A DNA stretch of 64,000 nt, from positions 1 to 64,000 of IMG/VR virus record IMGVR_UViG_3300032308_001684; one strand, written 5' to 3'. The position numbers and the translations under genes were made by a program. Under the pieces are notes generated by a model that searched no databases, was not told the origin of the DNA, and was given only the letters and a program-made list of their open reading frames with translations. The stretch's first letter is position 1. Each line of letters starts with the position of its first letter. Origin of the DNA: a virus. This document shows, in pieces, positions 56,612 to 64,000 of this stretch.

Positions 56612-57165
56612 TACAATGTCTCTCCGCCCACTGCACGGTTACAAGCACACTTCTCGCCAGTTTGCAATGCGTCTAATACACGCAATGTTTCTTCTGGGCT
56701 ACGACCCACGTTCAAGTTATTCACAGTAACGTGTTGGATAACGTTGTCTGGATCAACGATAAATGTAGCACGAAGTGCGGCACCTGCTGGAGCATAGAAC
56801 ACGCCTAGTTGTTCAATCAAACTTACACCACCGCGTTCTTCGCCGGGCTGATGACGTGCAGTATCTGCAAATTGAATGTGACGGATCTTGCCCAAATCTT
56901 CATGACTACGTTGCCATGCCAGTTTGCAGAACTCATTGTCTGTGCTACCTGTCAGCAATACTGCATCACGGTCAGCAAAGTCCTGGAACAGCTTATCGTA
57001 TGCAACAATCTCAGTTGGACATACAAATGTAAAGTCCTTTGGATAGTAAACGATTACTTTCCACTTGCCAGCAAATGATTCTTCAGTGATGGTAAAGAAA
57101 TCATCTTTACCTGGGTTAACGCCAGTGATGGCAAACTTTTCGATTTTATTTCCTACTGTTTTCAT
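56611..57165 (-). CDS. ahpC: Peroxiredoxin AhpC
   Basis: YPKDFTFVCPTE, VGRS.EE.LRVLDALQT. Confidence 0.95.
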   Translation of the reverse strand: MKTVGNKIEKFAITGVNPGKDDFFTITEESFAGKWKVIVYYPKDFTFVCPTEIVAYDKLFQDFADRDAVLLTGSTDNEFCKLAWQRSHEDLGKIRHIQFADTARHQPGEERGGVSLIEQLGVFYAPAGAALRATFIVDPDNVIQHVTVNNLNVGRSPEETLRVLDALQTGEKCACNRAVGGETL

Positions 57166-57226
57166 AACTTCTCCTTAGTGTTAAAAATTTGAAAGCTCTC
57201 AGTGTTTATACTGATGCTTTATTGTA

Positions 57227-57306
57227 ATAGTATATACCTACAAAATCAACGATTCTAATAGATTTTTTCTGAATATTTTTTAATGTCAATCATAGAAAAA
57301 ATCAAT
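57227..57306. promoter_or_regulatory. Putative OxyR (LysR-type) binding region upstream of ahpC
   Basis: ATAG-N7-C(T/A)xx half-site pairs, e.g. ATAGAAAAAATCAAT at 57292-57306. Confidence 0.5.
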
Positions 57307-57868
57307 AATCTTCGTCGGGATCAGTGACCACAGCCCAGCCTAGTTTTTGCAAATCTGCTTGTATTTCGTCGGTGACTACACTTTCTGGGACATATCCGTT
57401 TGGGTAGGCTATGTTTAATTCTGGATCGTAATTGTTATCGTTTCGAATGCCACTACAGTACCAGTCAATGTAGTCACCTTCGCCACGCATGTCAGCAATG
57501 ATCCCACCAGCATGGCGCCATGAGCAAGCATACTTCTGATCTTTGAGTACAGGCCAAACATCCTGACTCTGAAAATCATTGTTACACAAGGCCGCATAGA
57601 GATTTTGAGCATAGCTCTCATTGGCACGAACCTTCTCTACCATCCAATCAGTACTACGAAGATCGTATTCAAGATTGTTCTTTTGCCACTCAGGATCAGC
57701 TTCTTGCTTTTGAGATTCTTCGCTCCAGGAATCATACCAGTGGATCATGGCCTTGACATCAGGATCGTCTAGACTGCGACCTTCTTTGAGTTGTCTCTCA
57801 ATGTAACCGTCACGCTGAAACGTGTTTCTTTGAGGACTTGCGCTGAGTTTTGGAAGTTTTTGACTCAT
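57302..57868 (-). CDS. Hypothetical phage protein ('YAQNLYAALCNN', 'GDYIDWYCSG')
   Basis: ORF track; protein-like sequence. Confidence 0.7.
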   Translation of the reverse strand: MSQKLPKLSASPQRNTFQRDGYIERQLKEGRSLDDPDVKAMIHWYDSWSEESQKQEADPEWQKNNLEYDLRSTDWMVEKVRANESYAQNLYAALCNNDFQSQDVWPVLKDQKYACSWRHAGGIIADMRGEGDYIDWYCSGIRNDNNYDPELNIAYPNGYVPESVVTDEIQADLQKLGWAVVTDPDEDY

Positions 57869-58079
57869 CTGTTTTTTTAAATTCTTTATCGATATAATAG
57901 CTGACCAGTTGTCGTTGCATCATGGTGATTAGCTCACCCTCGGCTTCGCCTACTACAAATCGTACCGGACAGCCGCCCCAGGTTCTATTTCTTTGAAAAT
58001 CTGCAAACCACTTGCGATGTTGTTTGTTTGTGACATCAAATACCACCCAGGGGCGTCCCCAGTAACTAAGTCTACTCAT
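57810..58079 (-). CDS. Hypothetical phage protein
   Basis: Coupled ORF. Confidence 0.6.
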   Translation of the reverse strand: MSRLSYWGRPWVVFDVTNKQHRKWFADFQRNRTWGGCPVRFVVGEAEGELITMMQRQLVSYYIDKEFKKTDESKTSKTQRKSSKKHVSA

Positions 58080-58384
58080 TGTAGTCGGTTCTTTCTCTCA
58101 TCTAAGTGAATATCATTCAATGCTTGTAGTACTATTTCTCGTTCTGTGGGATCCATGTCTGCAATGTCTTCATCAGTGAGTTGCCTGCTGTTGGCCTCAA
58201 GCTCTTCTTTGGACATTGTGGCAAACATGCTAGTGAGTTCAGCCATGATGGCATCTAGTTCTTCTTGACTGTCAACATCAAGATGATCAAAGCAACCCGG
58301 TGCAAACTCAACTTTTAACGGTTCGCCTTCTACAGGCTTGACTCGGGCCTTGGCCGAGAGTTTGAGTTTTTTGTTTTCAGACAT
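58076..58384 (-). CDS. Acidic hypothetical phage protein (start MSENKK)
   Basis: Coupled ORF. Confidence 0.6.
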   Translation of the reverse strand: MSENKKLKLSAKARVKPVEGEPLKVEFAPGCFDHLDVDSQEELDAIMAELTSMFATMSKEELEANSRQLTDEDIADMDPTEREIVLQALNDIHLDERKNRLQ

Positions 58385-58634
58385 TGGGTTCTTTCTTGTC
58401 TTGATCATACTGCATGACCATGCGAGTCAGGGGTTCCATGCGTTCTTGGAAAACTTCCGGGCAAGCATCTGCGGCACGTTTCATATCATATGATCCAGGG
58501 TAATGTCGCAAACAACCTGAAGCACGTTGACGAATATTTTTTGGTACCCGAGGTGTCTTTGACGCATCACAGAGATCTTTGAGTAGTTGTTCTGCCTGCT
58601 TAACAGCTCGATATCTTTCGTCTGGCAATGTCAT
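58377..58634 (-). CDS. Small phage protein MTLPDERYRAV...CLRHYP
   Basis: AAGGA RBS; start moved out of the tRNA. Confidence 0.7.
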   Translation of the reverse strand: MTLPDERYRAVKQAEQLLKDLCDASKTPRVPKNIRQRASGCLRHYPGSYDMKRAADACPEVFQERMEPLTRMVMQYDQDKKEPNV

Positions 58635-58648
58635 ATGTTTCCTTAATA

Positions 58649-58725
58649 TGGTGGGCCCACCAGGACTTGAACCTGGGACCAAAGGATTATGAGTCCTCTG
58701 CTCTAACCAACTGAGCTATAGGCCC
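58649..58725 (-). tRNA. tRNA(CAT), Ile2 (lysidine)-like
   Basis: GGGCCTATAGCTCAG...GACTCATAATC resembles bacterial ileX; CCA. Confidence 0.88.
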
Positions 58726-58733
58726 ATGTGTAT

Positions 58734-58762
58734 ATTGTAGCAGACTAGAGATTATTTGTCAA
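58734..58762 (-). promoter_or_regulatory. Sigma70 promoter TTGACA-N17-TACAAT for tRNA-Ile2
   Basis: Read directly. Confidence 0.8.
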
Positions 58763-58763
58763 C

Positions 58764-58791
58764 AAAAAAATAGGACCCAATTGGGTCCTAT
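58764..58791 (-). terminator. Intrinsic terminator after the glycosyltransferase
   Basis: ATAGGACCC-AATT-GGGTCCTAT followed by a T run on the minus strand. Confidence 0.85.
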
Positions 58792-58831
58792 ACTGGTAAC
58801 TTATCCTATTTTACGCCACCAGCCGGGCGAG

Positions 58832-59824
58832 TTACTTTACTAGGTTATCTCTAAAGATTTCCCATGCTCTTTCCCATGTCCAGCGTTGGCTCCCTTGGGC
58901 CACTAGATTTCGATCCATGAGCAGACACTGATCCACAGCCGTGCGCAGGTTGGGTACCATGTATCCGGTTATGCCTTGATCAATGACATCTTCTGGACCT
59001 TGCACAGGGTAAGCCGCCACTGGTGTGCCACAGGCCATGGCTTCAATCATCACAATACCAAATGTTTCCCAACAGCTGGGAAATACAAATACGTCGGCCA
59101 TGCGATAGTAATCAGCAAGATCCTTGCCTGTTTTGAATCCTACAAATTCTACATCAGGATACTGTTGCTGATATTGTTCACGCATGGGGCCATCTCCGAC
59201 CATGATCTTGCGGGCACCAGGGTAATCTAATGAAAAAAAGTCTTCCAAGTTCTTTTCTTTACTCACACGACTCACGCACAATAGCATGGGATTTTGATTA
59301 GGACCTCGAGGGTTAGGATAAAATACATCACGATCAACACCACGAGTCCACGAAATAACTTCTCCATCAAACCCATGTGCCTGCAACTCTGCAACCATTG
59401 TGTCAGTGGTAGTCAACACTCTACCTGAGTGCTTGTGAAACCAGCGTACTAGAGGCCAAGTAAGAGCCTCAGGGATTCCAAATAAGGCTCTAAGTCCTTC
59501 AGGGAACTTAGTATGATAAGCAGTATTGTAGCGAATACCATGTTTTGAAAGATATTTTCTAGCAGACAGACCAACAGGACCCTCTGTGGCGATATGGTAA
59601 TAATCCGCACCGATCTCCTCAATCTTCTGGCCCATCGCCCTGGGATAGGCAATCTTGACTTCGTTGTAGCCAGGACAATCAAAGTGGCGGAAGTCCCCGG
59701 GAGTAATGTAAACAACGCGATAACCATCCAGAACCGCACAAGCCTCAATGTTTTTGTAAGTTGTAACCACGCCATTGATCTGCTCCGGTAAGTTATCAGT
59801 TATTATCAATATCTTCTTTGTCAT
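58832..59824 (-). CDS. GT4 glycosyltransferase, Agt-like glycolipid synthase
   Basis: 'ITD..PEQINGVVTT', HIATEGPVG, AYHTKFPE, ETFGIVMIEAMACG; start placed at MTKKIL. Confidence 0.85.
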   Translation of the reverse strand: MTKKILIITDNLPEQINGVVTTYKNIEACAVLDGYRVVYITPGDFRHFDCPGYNEVKIAYPRAMGQKIEEIGADYYHIATEGPVGLSARKYLSKHGIRYNTAYHTKFPEGLRALFGIPEALTWPLVRWFHKHSGRVLTTTDTMVAELQAHGFDGEVISWTRGVDRDVFYPNPRGPNQNPMLLCVSRVSKEKNLEDFFSLDYPGARKIMVGDGPMREQYQQQYPDVEFVGFKTGKDLADYYRMADVFVFPSCWETFGIVMIEAMACGTPVAAYPVQGPEDVIDQGITGYMVPNLRTAVDQCLLMDRNLVAQGSQRWTWERAWEIFRDNLVK

Positions 59825-60572
59825 TCTGTTTAGTCCATGTAACAATTTCCCATGTACCATCATGATGTTCTACCAATGCAGTACAGCTTTCAACCCAGTC
59901 TCCGTCATTCATGTATGTGACGCCGTCTATGATTTTAATTTCAGCATGATGAATATGTCCACATATGACACCATCGTAGCCACGTTTTTTGCAGTATCCT
60001 GCTAGATTCTTTTCGAATTGAAACATAAAGTCGCTGGCCTTCTTGACTCTGTGCTTGAGATACTTGCTAAGACTCCAGTATCCAAAGCCCAGTTTATGAC
60101 GTATCCAATTGAACTTGCTGTTCCAGGATAACACTAGGTCGTACAGTTTGTCGCCCAAAAATGCCAGCCACGGAGCAAGACGAGTAATACCGTCGAATAA
60201 ATCACCATGTGTGACCAAATAGTGTCGACCATCGGCGCCTATGTGTTCGGTCTGATTTTGTATTTCAATTAGACCAAATGAAAAACCATAGGGTATCATT
60301 GGCCTTAAAAACTCATCATGATTGCCTGCTACGTAGATTACTCGTGTGCCACGTTTGGCATGTCCAAGTATACGGCGGACAACATTGGTGTGGCTTTGTT
60401 TCCAACGCCACTTGTTTTGTTGTATCTTCCACGCATCGATGATATCTCCTACAAGATACAGTGTGTCGCAGGTGTTGTGTTTGAGAAAGTTGTTGAGCTT
60501 GTCTGCTTGACAGTCTCTAGTACCAAGATGCACATCAGAAATAAAGATAGATCTGTAGATTTTTTCTGGCAT
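59796..60572 (-). CDS. PlcP-like phospholipase C (LpxH2-type metallophosphoesterase)
   Basis: FISDVHLG, LVGDIID.W, GNHDEFLR, HGDLFD, CGHIH, N.GDWVESCTALVE. Confidence 0.85.
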   Translation of the reverse strand: MPEKIYRSIFISDVHLGTRDCQADKLNNFLKHNTCDTLYLVGDIIDAWKIQQNKWRWKQSHTNVVRRILGHAKRGTRVIYVAGNHDEFLRPMIPYGFSFGLIEIQNQTEHIGADGRHYLVTHGDLFDGITRLAPWLAFLGDKLYDLVLSWNSKFNWIRHKLGFGYWSLSKYLKHRVKKASDFMFQFEKNLAGYCKKRGYDGVICGHIHHAEIKIIDGVTYMNDGDWVESCTALVEHHDGTWEIVTWTKQNDKEDIDNN

Positions 60573-60600
60573 GCACTTATTTACTGCGATGCCAGAAAAA

Positions 60601-60622
60601 GTTTATGACTGTTGTGTTACAG
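60601..60622 (-). promoter_or_regulatory. Putative Pho box
   Basis: CTGTAAC-ACAA-CAGTCAT-AAAC, an 11-bp-period direct repeat matching the PhoB consensus, 28 nt upstream of the plcP-like ATG. Confidence 0.65.
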
Positions 60623-60628
60623 TCTATG

Positions 60629-60787
60629 TTAGACGTTTACCAGCGTCCATTTGGTTGTAAATGGTTTGCCTTCGGCCTTGTGTTTCGCAATCTTGCGGAA
60701 TTCTTCTTGTTGAAGTTTTGCAATCTTTTTGGCATCGTGGTCGACGCAAGCCTTGTACAGTTCAACTAGTAGTTTACTCTGTTTCAT
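60629..60787 (-). CDS. 52-aa protein [18 protein letters not shown]...
   Basis: AGGAGG RBS and TAAATA upstream. Confidence 0.65.
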   Translation of the reverse strand: MKQSKLLVELYKACVDHDAKKIAKLQQEEFRKIAKHKAEGKPFTTKWTLVNV

Positions 60788-60830
60788 GGTTGTGTCCTCC
60801 TGACAAATATTTATGTAAAAATTTCTTTTA

Positions 60831-61034
60831 CTATCTGTCTGTGCCGTTGATCTTTTGTTGCCGTGTGATTTTTTCAAAATCCTCACCGCATTCTTTGGAA
60901 CAAAATGCACCTGGGGTCGGCTCTTCACAGACCAGGCAGTACCCAGTGAGAGCTGGTACCTTGGGTCTACGGTTTAGGTTTGCTTGTAGCCAAAGTTCGG
61001 TTGCGGCATCTGCATCATCAAATAAATCACTCAT
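60831..61034 (-). CDS. TraR/DksA-like C4 zinc-finger protein
   Basis: N-terminal DLFDDA (DxxDxA) plus CLVC...CSKEC. Confidence 0.65.
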   Translation of the reverse strand: MSDLFDDADAATELWLQANLNRRPKVPALTGYCLVCEEPTPGAFCSKECGEDFEKITRQQKINGTDR

Positions 61035-61308
61035 CAGTTTTTAGTCCATTACTTTTTCGGTCAGTGGGTGTGTCAATGTCTTGAAACAGTCGTTTTTCTT
61101 GCACTGTGGGCTCTTTGAAAAACTTTCTAGGATTACCACACATGGCACAGTTGGGATCGCCGCAGGTTGTGGCATGAACTTTGGCTAGTCTATGTTCTGG
61201 ACCTGTTGGAAATCCATGGGCCTTGGCAATCTTAGATTGTTTTTTAATAGCATTGTCATCCTTTAACAAACGCCGTGAATGCTTGATTTTATCTTCGTCT
61301 TTGCTCAT
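61027..61308 (-). CDS. Hypothetical protein with 'CGDPNCAMCGNPRK' Zn motif
   Basis: Start placed at MSKDEDK after TAAATA. Confidence 0.65.
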   Translation of the reverse strand: MSKDEDKIKHSRRLLKDDNAIKKQSKIAKAHGFPTGPEHRLAKVHATTCGDPNCAMCGNPRKFFKEPTVQEKRLFQDIDTPTDRKSNGLKTDE

Positions 61309-61334
61309 ACCAATATTTAACCTCCTGTCATAAT

Positions 61335-61607
61335 TTACAAGATTTCCAGCTCTCGAGCTTGTAGTTTGATCCATGTTAGCTCCTTGGGCCGGATTTTTTC
61401 ATGAGTGTCTCGTCCGTGTTGTCTTACAAGCACAGCACCATTGGCATTTTCCAACCATATACGAGTGGCATGCTCATAGCATTGTCCGTGCAAAGTACGC
61501 TGATACTGAGTACTGTATTCTGGATGATACCCACGCTGGATAGCATATCGTGTGGGTTGGTCAAACATCTTTATTCCCTGAGGAAACTCGTAATAATAAT
61601 CAATCAT
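61335..61607 (-). CDS. Hypothetical phage protein
   Basis: Coupled ORF chain. Confidence 0.55.
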   Translation of the reverse strand: MIDYYYEFPQGIKMFDQPTRYAIQRGYHPEYSTQYQRTLHGQCYEHATRIWLENANGAVLVRQHGRDTHEKIRPKELTWIKLQARELEIL

Positions 61608-61851
61608 GCTTACTCCATCTCAATGCAAACAACATGGCATCATGCGGGTTTTCAAAACGAAAAGCAAATCCTTCTGTTGATTTCCAACCGTGTAAATGAT
61701 AACATTTTCCAGGAGTTTTGTCAAGCCATTTGATTATATTGTTAGGAGCATGGTCTGCATTCTCCAGCATGGTCTGCCAAGAAACCACTATTTCTGTCCA
61801 ATCTTCAGGAGGTGGCCATGTTTCAATCTGTGTCACGTAGTTGATCTGCAA
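61600..61851 (-). CDS. Hypothetical phage protein ('FENPHDAMLFALRW')
   Basis: Coupled ORF chain. Confidence 0.6.
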   Translation of the reverse strand: MQINYVTQIETWPPPEDWTEIVVSWQTMLENADHAPNNIIKWLDKTPGKCYHLHGWKSTEGFAFRFENPHDAMLFALRWSKHD

Positions 61852-62125
61852 ACTTGATCAGGAACCAGCTTCGAGCTGACTCATTGTAAAAGTCTAGCAC
61901 AGTGTATTCTTGATAGAATCCATAGGCTTGTCCGTTTTCTCTCTTACCTGTTTCTACCCACTGTTTGTGATAACGCTGAGTAAATCCTAACACCCGACGC
62001 ATCTTGCTTCTAATCAGCAGAACGCTGGGTTCATTGAGATACTCTTGTGTGAGTACCAACATGATGTCCTGCCACACTTGATGTGGCATTGTGATCATGC
62101 CGTTTGTTTTTTTGATAGTTCGCAT
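61823..62125 (-). CDS. Hypothetical phage protein
   Basis: Coupled ORF chain; start uncertain. Confidence 0.55.
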   Translation of the reverse strand: MRTIKKTNGMITMPHQVWQDIMLVLTQEYLNEPSVLLIRSKMRRVLGFTQRYHKQWVETGKRENGQAYGFYQEYTVLDFYNESARSWFLIKFADQLRDTD

Positions 62126-62550
62126 ACCAGTAAAAAATGATCATAGGCTCGGCGAACACTTTCGTGTTCCATGAGTTTGTCTGCTTCTGCAATCATGGCC
62201 TGCACACCTGCTTCTGCACAGTCGTGAACACTGAGTCCTCTGAGAGTGGTAAGCTCGTCACCAAATGCTTCTGCCAACTCCTCCCAGGCCTTTTTCTGTC
62301 GTGGGGTCAATGGTATACGTTGCGGGCGCAGTTCACTGGCACGGCTGATGGCACGGCAAATGGCATCTTCGGCCACTCGCCCAGCCGCAATCATGGGAGC
62401 CAATGCAGGATCGATGTTGAAACGTCGACTTTGCCCACCCGGGTAACACATCACAAGATGTGTGCCCTTGGGAAAACTGTCTATGGCTTCGTTGCTGTAT
62501 TCAGCAACAGGCTCATATCTACGTCCAACTTTTTTGTATAATGTGGTCAT
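62095..62550 (-). CDS. Hypothetical phage protein (start MTTLYKKVGRRY)
   Basis: ATGA-coupled. Confidence 0.65.
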   Translation of the reverse strand: MTTLYKKVGRRYEPVAEYSNEAIDSFPKGTHLVMCYPGGQSRRFNIDPALAPMIAAGRVAEDAICRAISRASELRPQRIPLTPRQKKAWEELAEAFGDELTTLRGLSVHDCAEAGVQAMIAEADKLMEHESVRRAYDHFLLVCELSKKQTA

Positions 62551-62750
62551 GGTCGATTCAGCTGACTCCATGTTAAGAATTCTTTCATAGCATTATACAC
62601 TATTTCAGCTTCTCTGTCATCCTGTTCAACCTTGACACCACGTACCCAAAAGCCGTCAGGACCTATTCGTAGCATTTCTTCACTGCCTGCCAGGCAGGTT
62701 ATGGTGTTGGGTTGATTAGAACTCTGTAGAGTGTATTCTTCTTGATTCAC
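62547..62750 (-). CDS. Hypothetical phage protein
   Basis: ORF track. Confidence 0.55.
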   Translation of the reverse strand: MNQEEYTLQSSNQPNTITCLAGSEEMLRIGPDGFWVRGVKVEQDDREAEIVYNAMKEFLTWSQLNRP

Positions 62751-62903
62751 TATTCAACTCCGAGGTAGGTCGTACAATATTCGCCACACAGTGTCAGTGA
62801 GTTTATACATTCCAAAACGCTTGCCGCTAGGAAATCTTTTACCATCATTCAAATAATACAATAATTTAGGTTTCATTCTTCAACTCCAAAATGTTGTTTA
62901 ATC

Positions 62904-63158
62904 TCATCTCTGATTTGTTTCAATGATCCTGCCGTAGTACACAGCCTGCAACTCTTCACCTTTTTGCTTTGCTCGACCGTTACGAATGTCTACCCAAGTC
63001 AGTGCATTAAAATGTGATTCAAACTCTTTTTCTTCCTTGACCTTTGTCAAGTTAGGTTCACCCAGTTCTACGGGGTGAACATAAACGATGTGAACATATC
63101 GGGTCATTGTTAACTCCTTGTTTGCTTTTTCAGCAAGTTCTCGAATTCGTTCGTTCAT
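62904..63158 (-). CDS. MNERI-family N-terminus fused in frame to an unrelated small protein
   Basis: MNERIRELAEK then internal AAGGAG RBS and MTRYVHIV... Confidence 0.5.
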   Translation of the reverse strand: MNERIRELAEKANKELTMTRYVHIVYVHPVELGEPNLTKVKEEKEFESHFNALTWVDIRNGRAKQKGEELQAVYYGRIIETNQR

Positions 63159-63270
63159 AAAAACCATTCCCGGATGTGCCAAACCGCAATGGCAACAATA
63201 TTAAACCATAAAGCAAACAACGCCGTATAGAGATATATCATAGCCCAGCGTCCTGCTCGTTCTCCTTCGG

Positions 63271-63477
63271 TCATGATTCAACTCCAAAATGTTCTCGAAT
63301 CAAATCACCCTGTGTCCCACCACCTTCAGCAAGTATCCAATCAACTCGGCCGGCACATTCTCGAACAATCAACTCGGCAAACTTTTCCAAAGAAGCTTCC
63401 CATTTAGCTCGATCCAGGCCAAGAGCATACACATCGATATGGCTTTCTCTTTCAAATGTTCTAATACGTTCGTTCAT
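63271..63477 (-). CDS. MNERI...HFGVE family small phage protein
   Basis: MNERIR...EKFAELIVREC...EHFGVES. Confidence 0.65.
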   Translation of the reverse strand: MNERIRTFERESHIDVYALGLDRAKWEASLEKFAELIVRECAGRVDWILAEGGGTQGDLIREHFGVES

Positions 63478-63995
63478 TACCAAGATCCTGGCCAAGCACA
63501 ATAGCGATTGATTGCTGTATAAGCAGAACACATCTTTTTGGCCATGTCACTCTTGTGACGTCGACTCCAATAGCGATCAGCAATCTTGACAAGATCTTCT
63601 AGATCTTCTCTAGAGCCAGACCATTTGATATTGGCCACAGCAAGAGGTCGTCCGCGCCAGGCCGCAAAGCCATGATCCCAAATGCGCTGTATAATATCCT
63701 GACGATTGGTCAGTCTGGTGCCAGTGGCCAAGTCATAGATGCCGTGTGTTTTGCGTGTGGCAAAAGCACGACGCCAAGTTCTAAAACTGTGACAAAAACT
63801 CTGCCCAGAGTCTTGTACAGCAAAATCTAGATTTTTAGATTCCAACCATTCTTGATATTGTTGAGTCCACTCCGTGGGCAAAAGGTCTTGTTCTATACCA
63901 TTGGTGTCATCATTGGCTAGGTATTGGATTTTGTTTGCATGCAGAACAAGATGAGTAGCACTGTGCTTCTTGCCCAAGCTCAGCAAGAAATCCAA
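63477..63995 (-). CDS. Hypothetical protein, 5'-truncated by the window edge
   Basis: ORF reaching the window end. Confidence 0.55.
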   Translation of the reverse strand: MDFLLSLGKKHSATHLVLHANKIQYLANDDTNGIEQDLLPTEWTQQYQEWLESKNLDFAVQDSGQSFCHSFRTWRRAFATRKTHGIYDLATGTRLTNRQDIIQRIWDHGFAAWRGRPLAVANIKWSGSREDLEDLVKIADRYWSRRHKSDMAKKMCSAYTAINRYCAWPGSW

Positions 63996-64000
63996 ATTGT

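Noticed and set aside
58792-58830. Hairpin CTGGTGGC..GTTACCAG as a riboswitch (ZTP or preQ1-like)
   Set aside because: It lies 3' of a gene, just before a terminator, and lacks the conserved cores.
59796-60572. LpxH lipid A biosynthesis enzyme
   Set aside because: The GNHD motif, adjacent Agt-like GT4 and Pho box fit PlcP better.
1-64000. Alternative genetic code, CRISPR array, rRNA, integrase or transposase
   Set aside because: Long ORFs translate cleanly with TAA, TAG and TGA as stops; no suppressor anticodon, spaced direct repeats, rRNA or recombinase motifs were seen.
1-64000. Bacterial chromosome segment (porin, transporters, rpoZ, ahpCD)
   Set aside because: Tail genes, thyX, TAAATA motifs, dense small hypothetical ORFs and a tRNA array with no housekeeping operon context indicate a phage.

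Overview
64 kb of a large, T4-like/jumbo-type tailed dsDNA phage genome. The host is probably a freshwater Betaproteobacterium, inferred from a Burkholderiales-type porin, Bug/TctC and DctP binding proteins, AhpC/AhpD and the tmRNA tag ANDEVYALAA. Left to right: (1) tail/baseplate/fibre genes with TAAATA late-promoter motifs (1-4.1 kb); (2) a ~24 kb glycan-modification island with glycosyltransferase-like genes, five radical SAM enzymes, a carbamoyltransferase, an amidinotransferase, a DegT aminotransferase, NDP-sugar epimerases and SGNH proteins (4-28.5 kb); (3) thyX, a MoxR-type AAA/VWA pair and small early genes with strong sigma70 promoters; (4) a porin-TctA-TctC-2OG oxygenase-PP-loop module; (5) an RNA-gene region with 28 tRNAs covering all 20 amino acids, a permuted two-piece tmRNA, several unassigned structured RNAs and a phage rpoZ; (6) DctP/TctC/PP-loop, ADP-heptose genes, ahpC/ahpD, a Pho-box-preceded PlcP/Agt lipid-remodelling pair and a TraR/DksA-like protein. 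Top finding: immediately upstream of the main tRNA array is what reads as a complete transcription attenuator. It has a consensus promoter, a probably leaderless 38-codon leader peptide containing all 20 amino acids and 32 different codons, and mutually exclusive antiterminator and terminator hairpins. This would act as a general tRNA-supply sensor that switches the phage tRNA array on when translation stalls. All calls come from reading the sequence by eye; no searches or folding programs were run.
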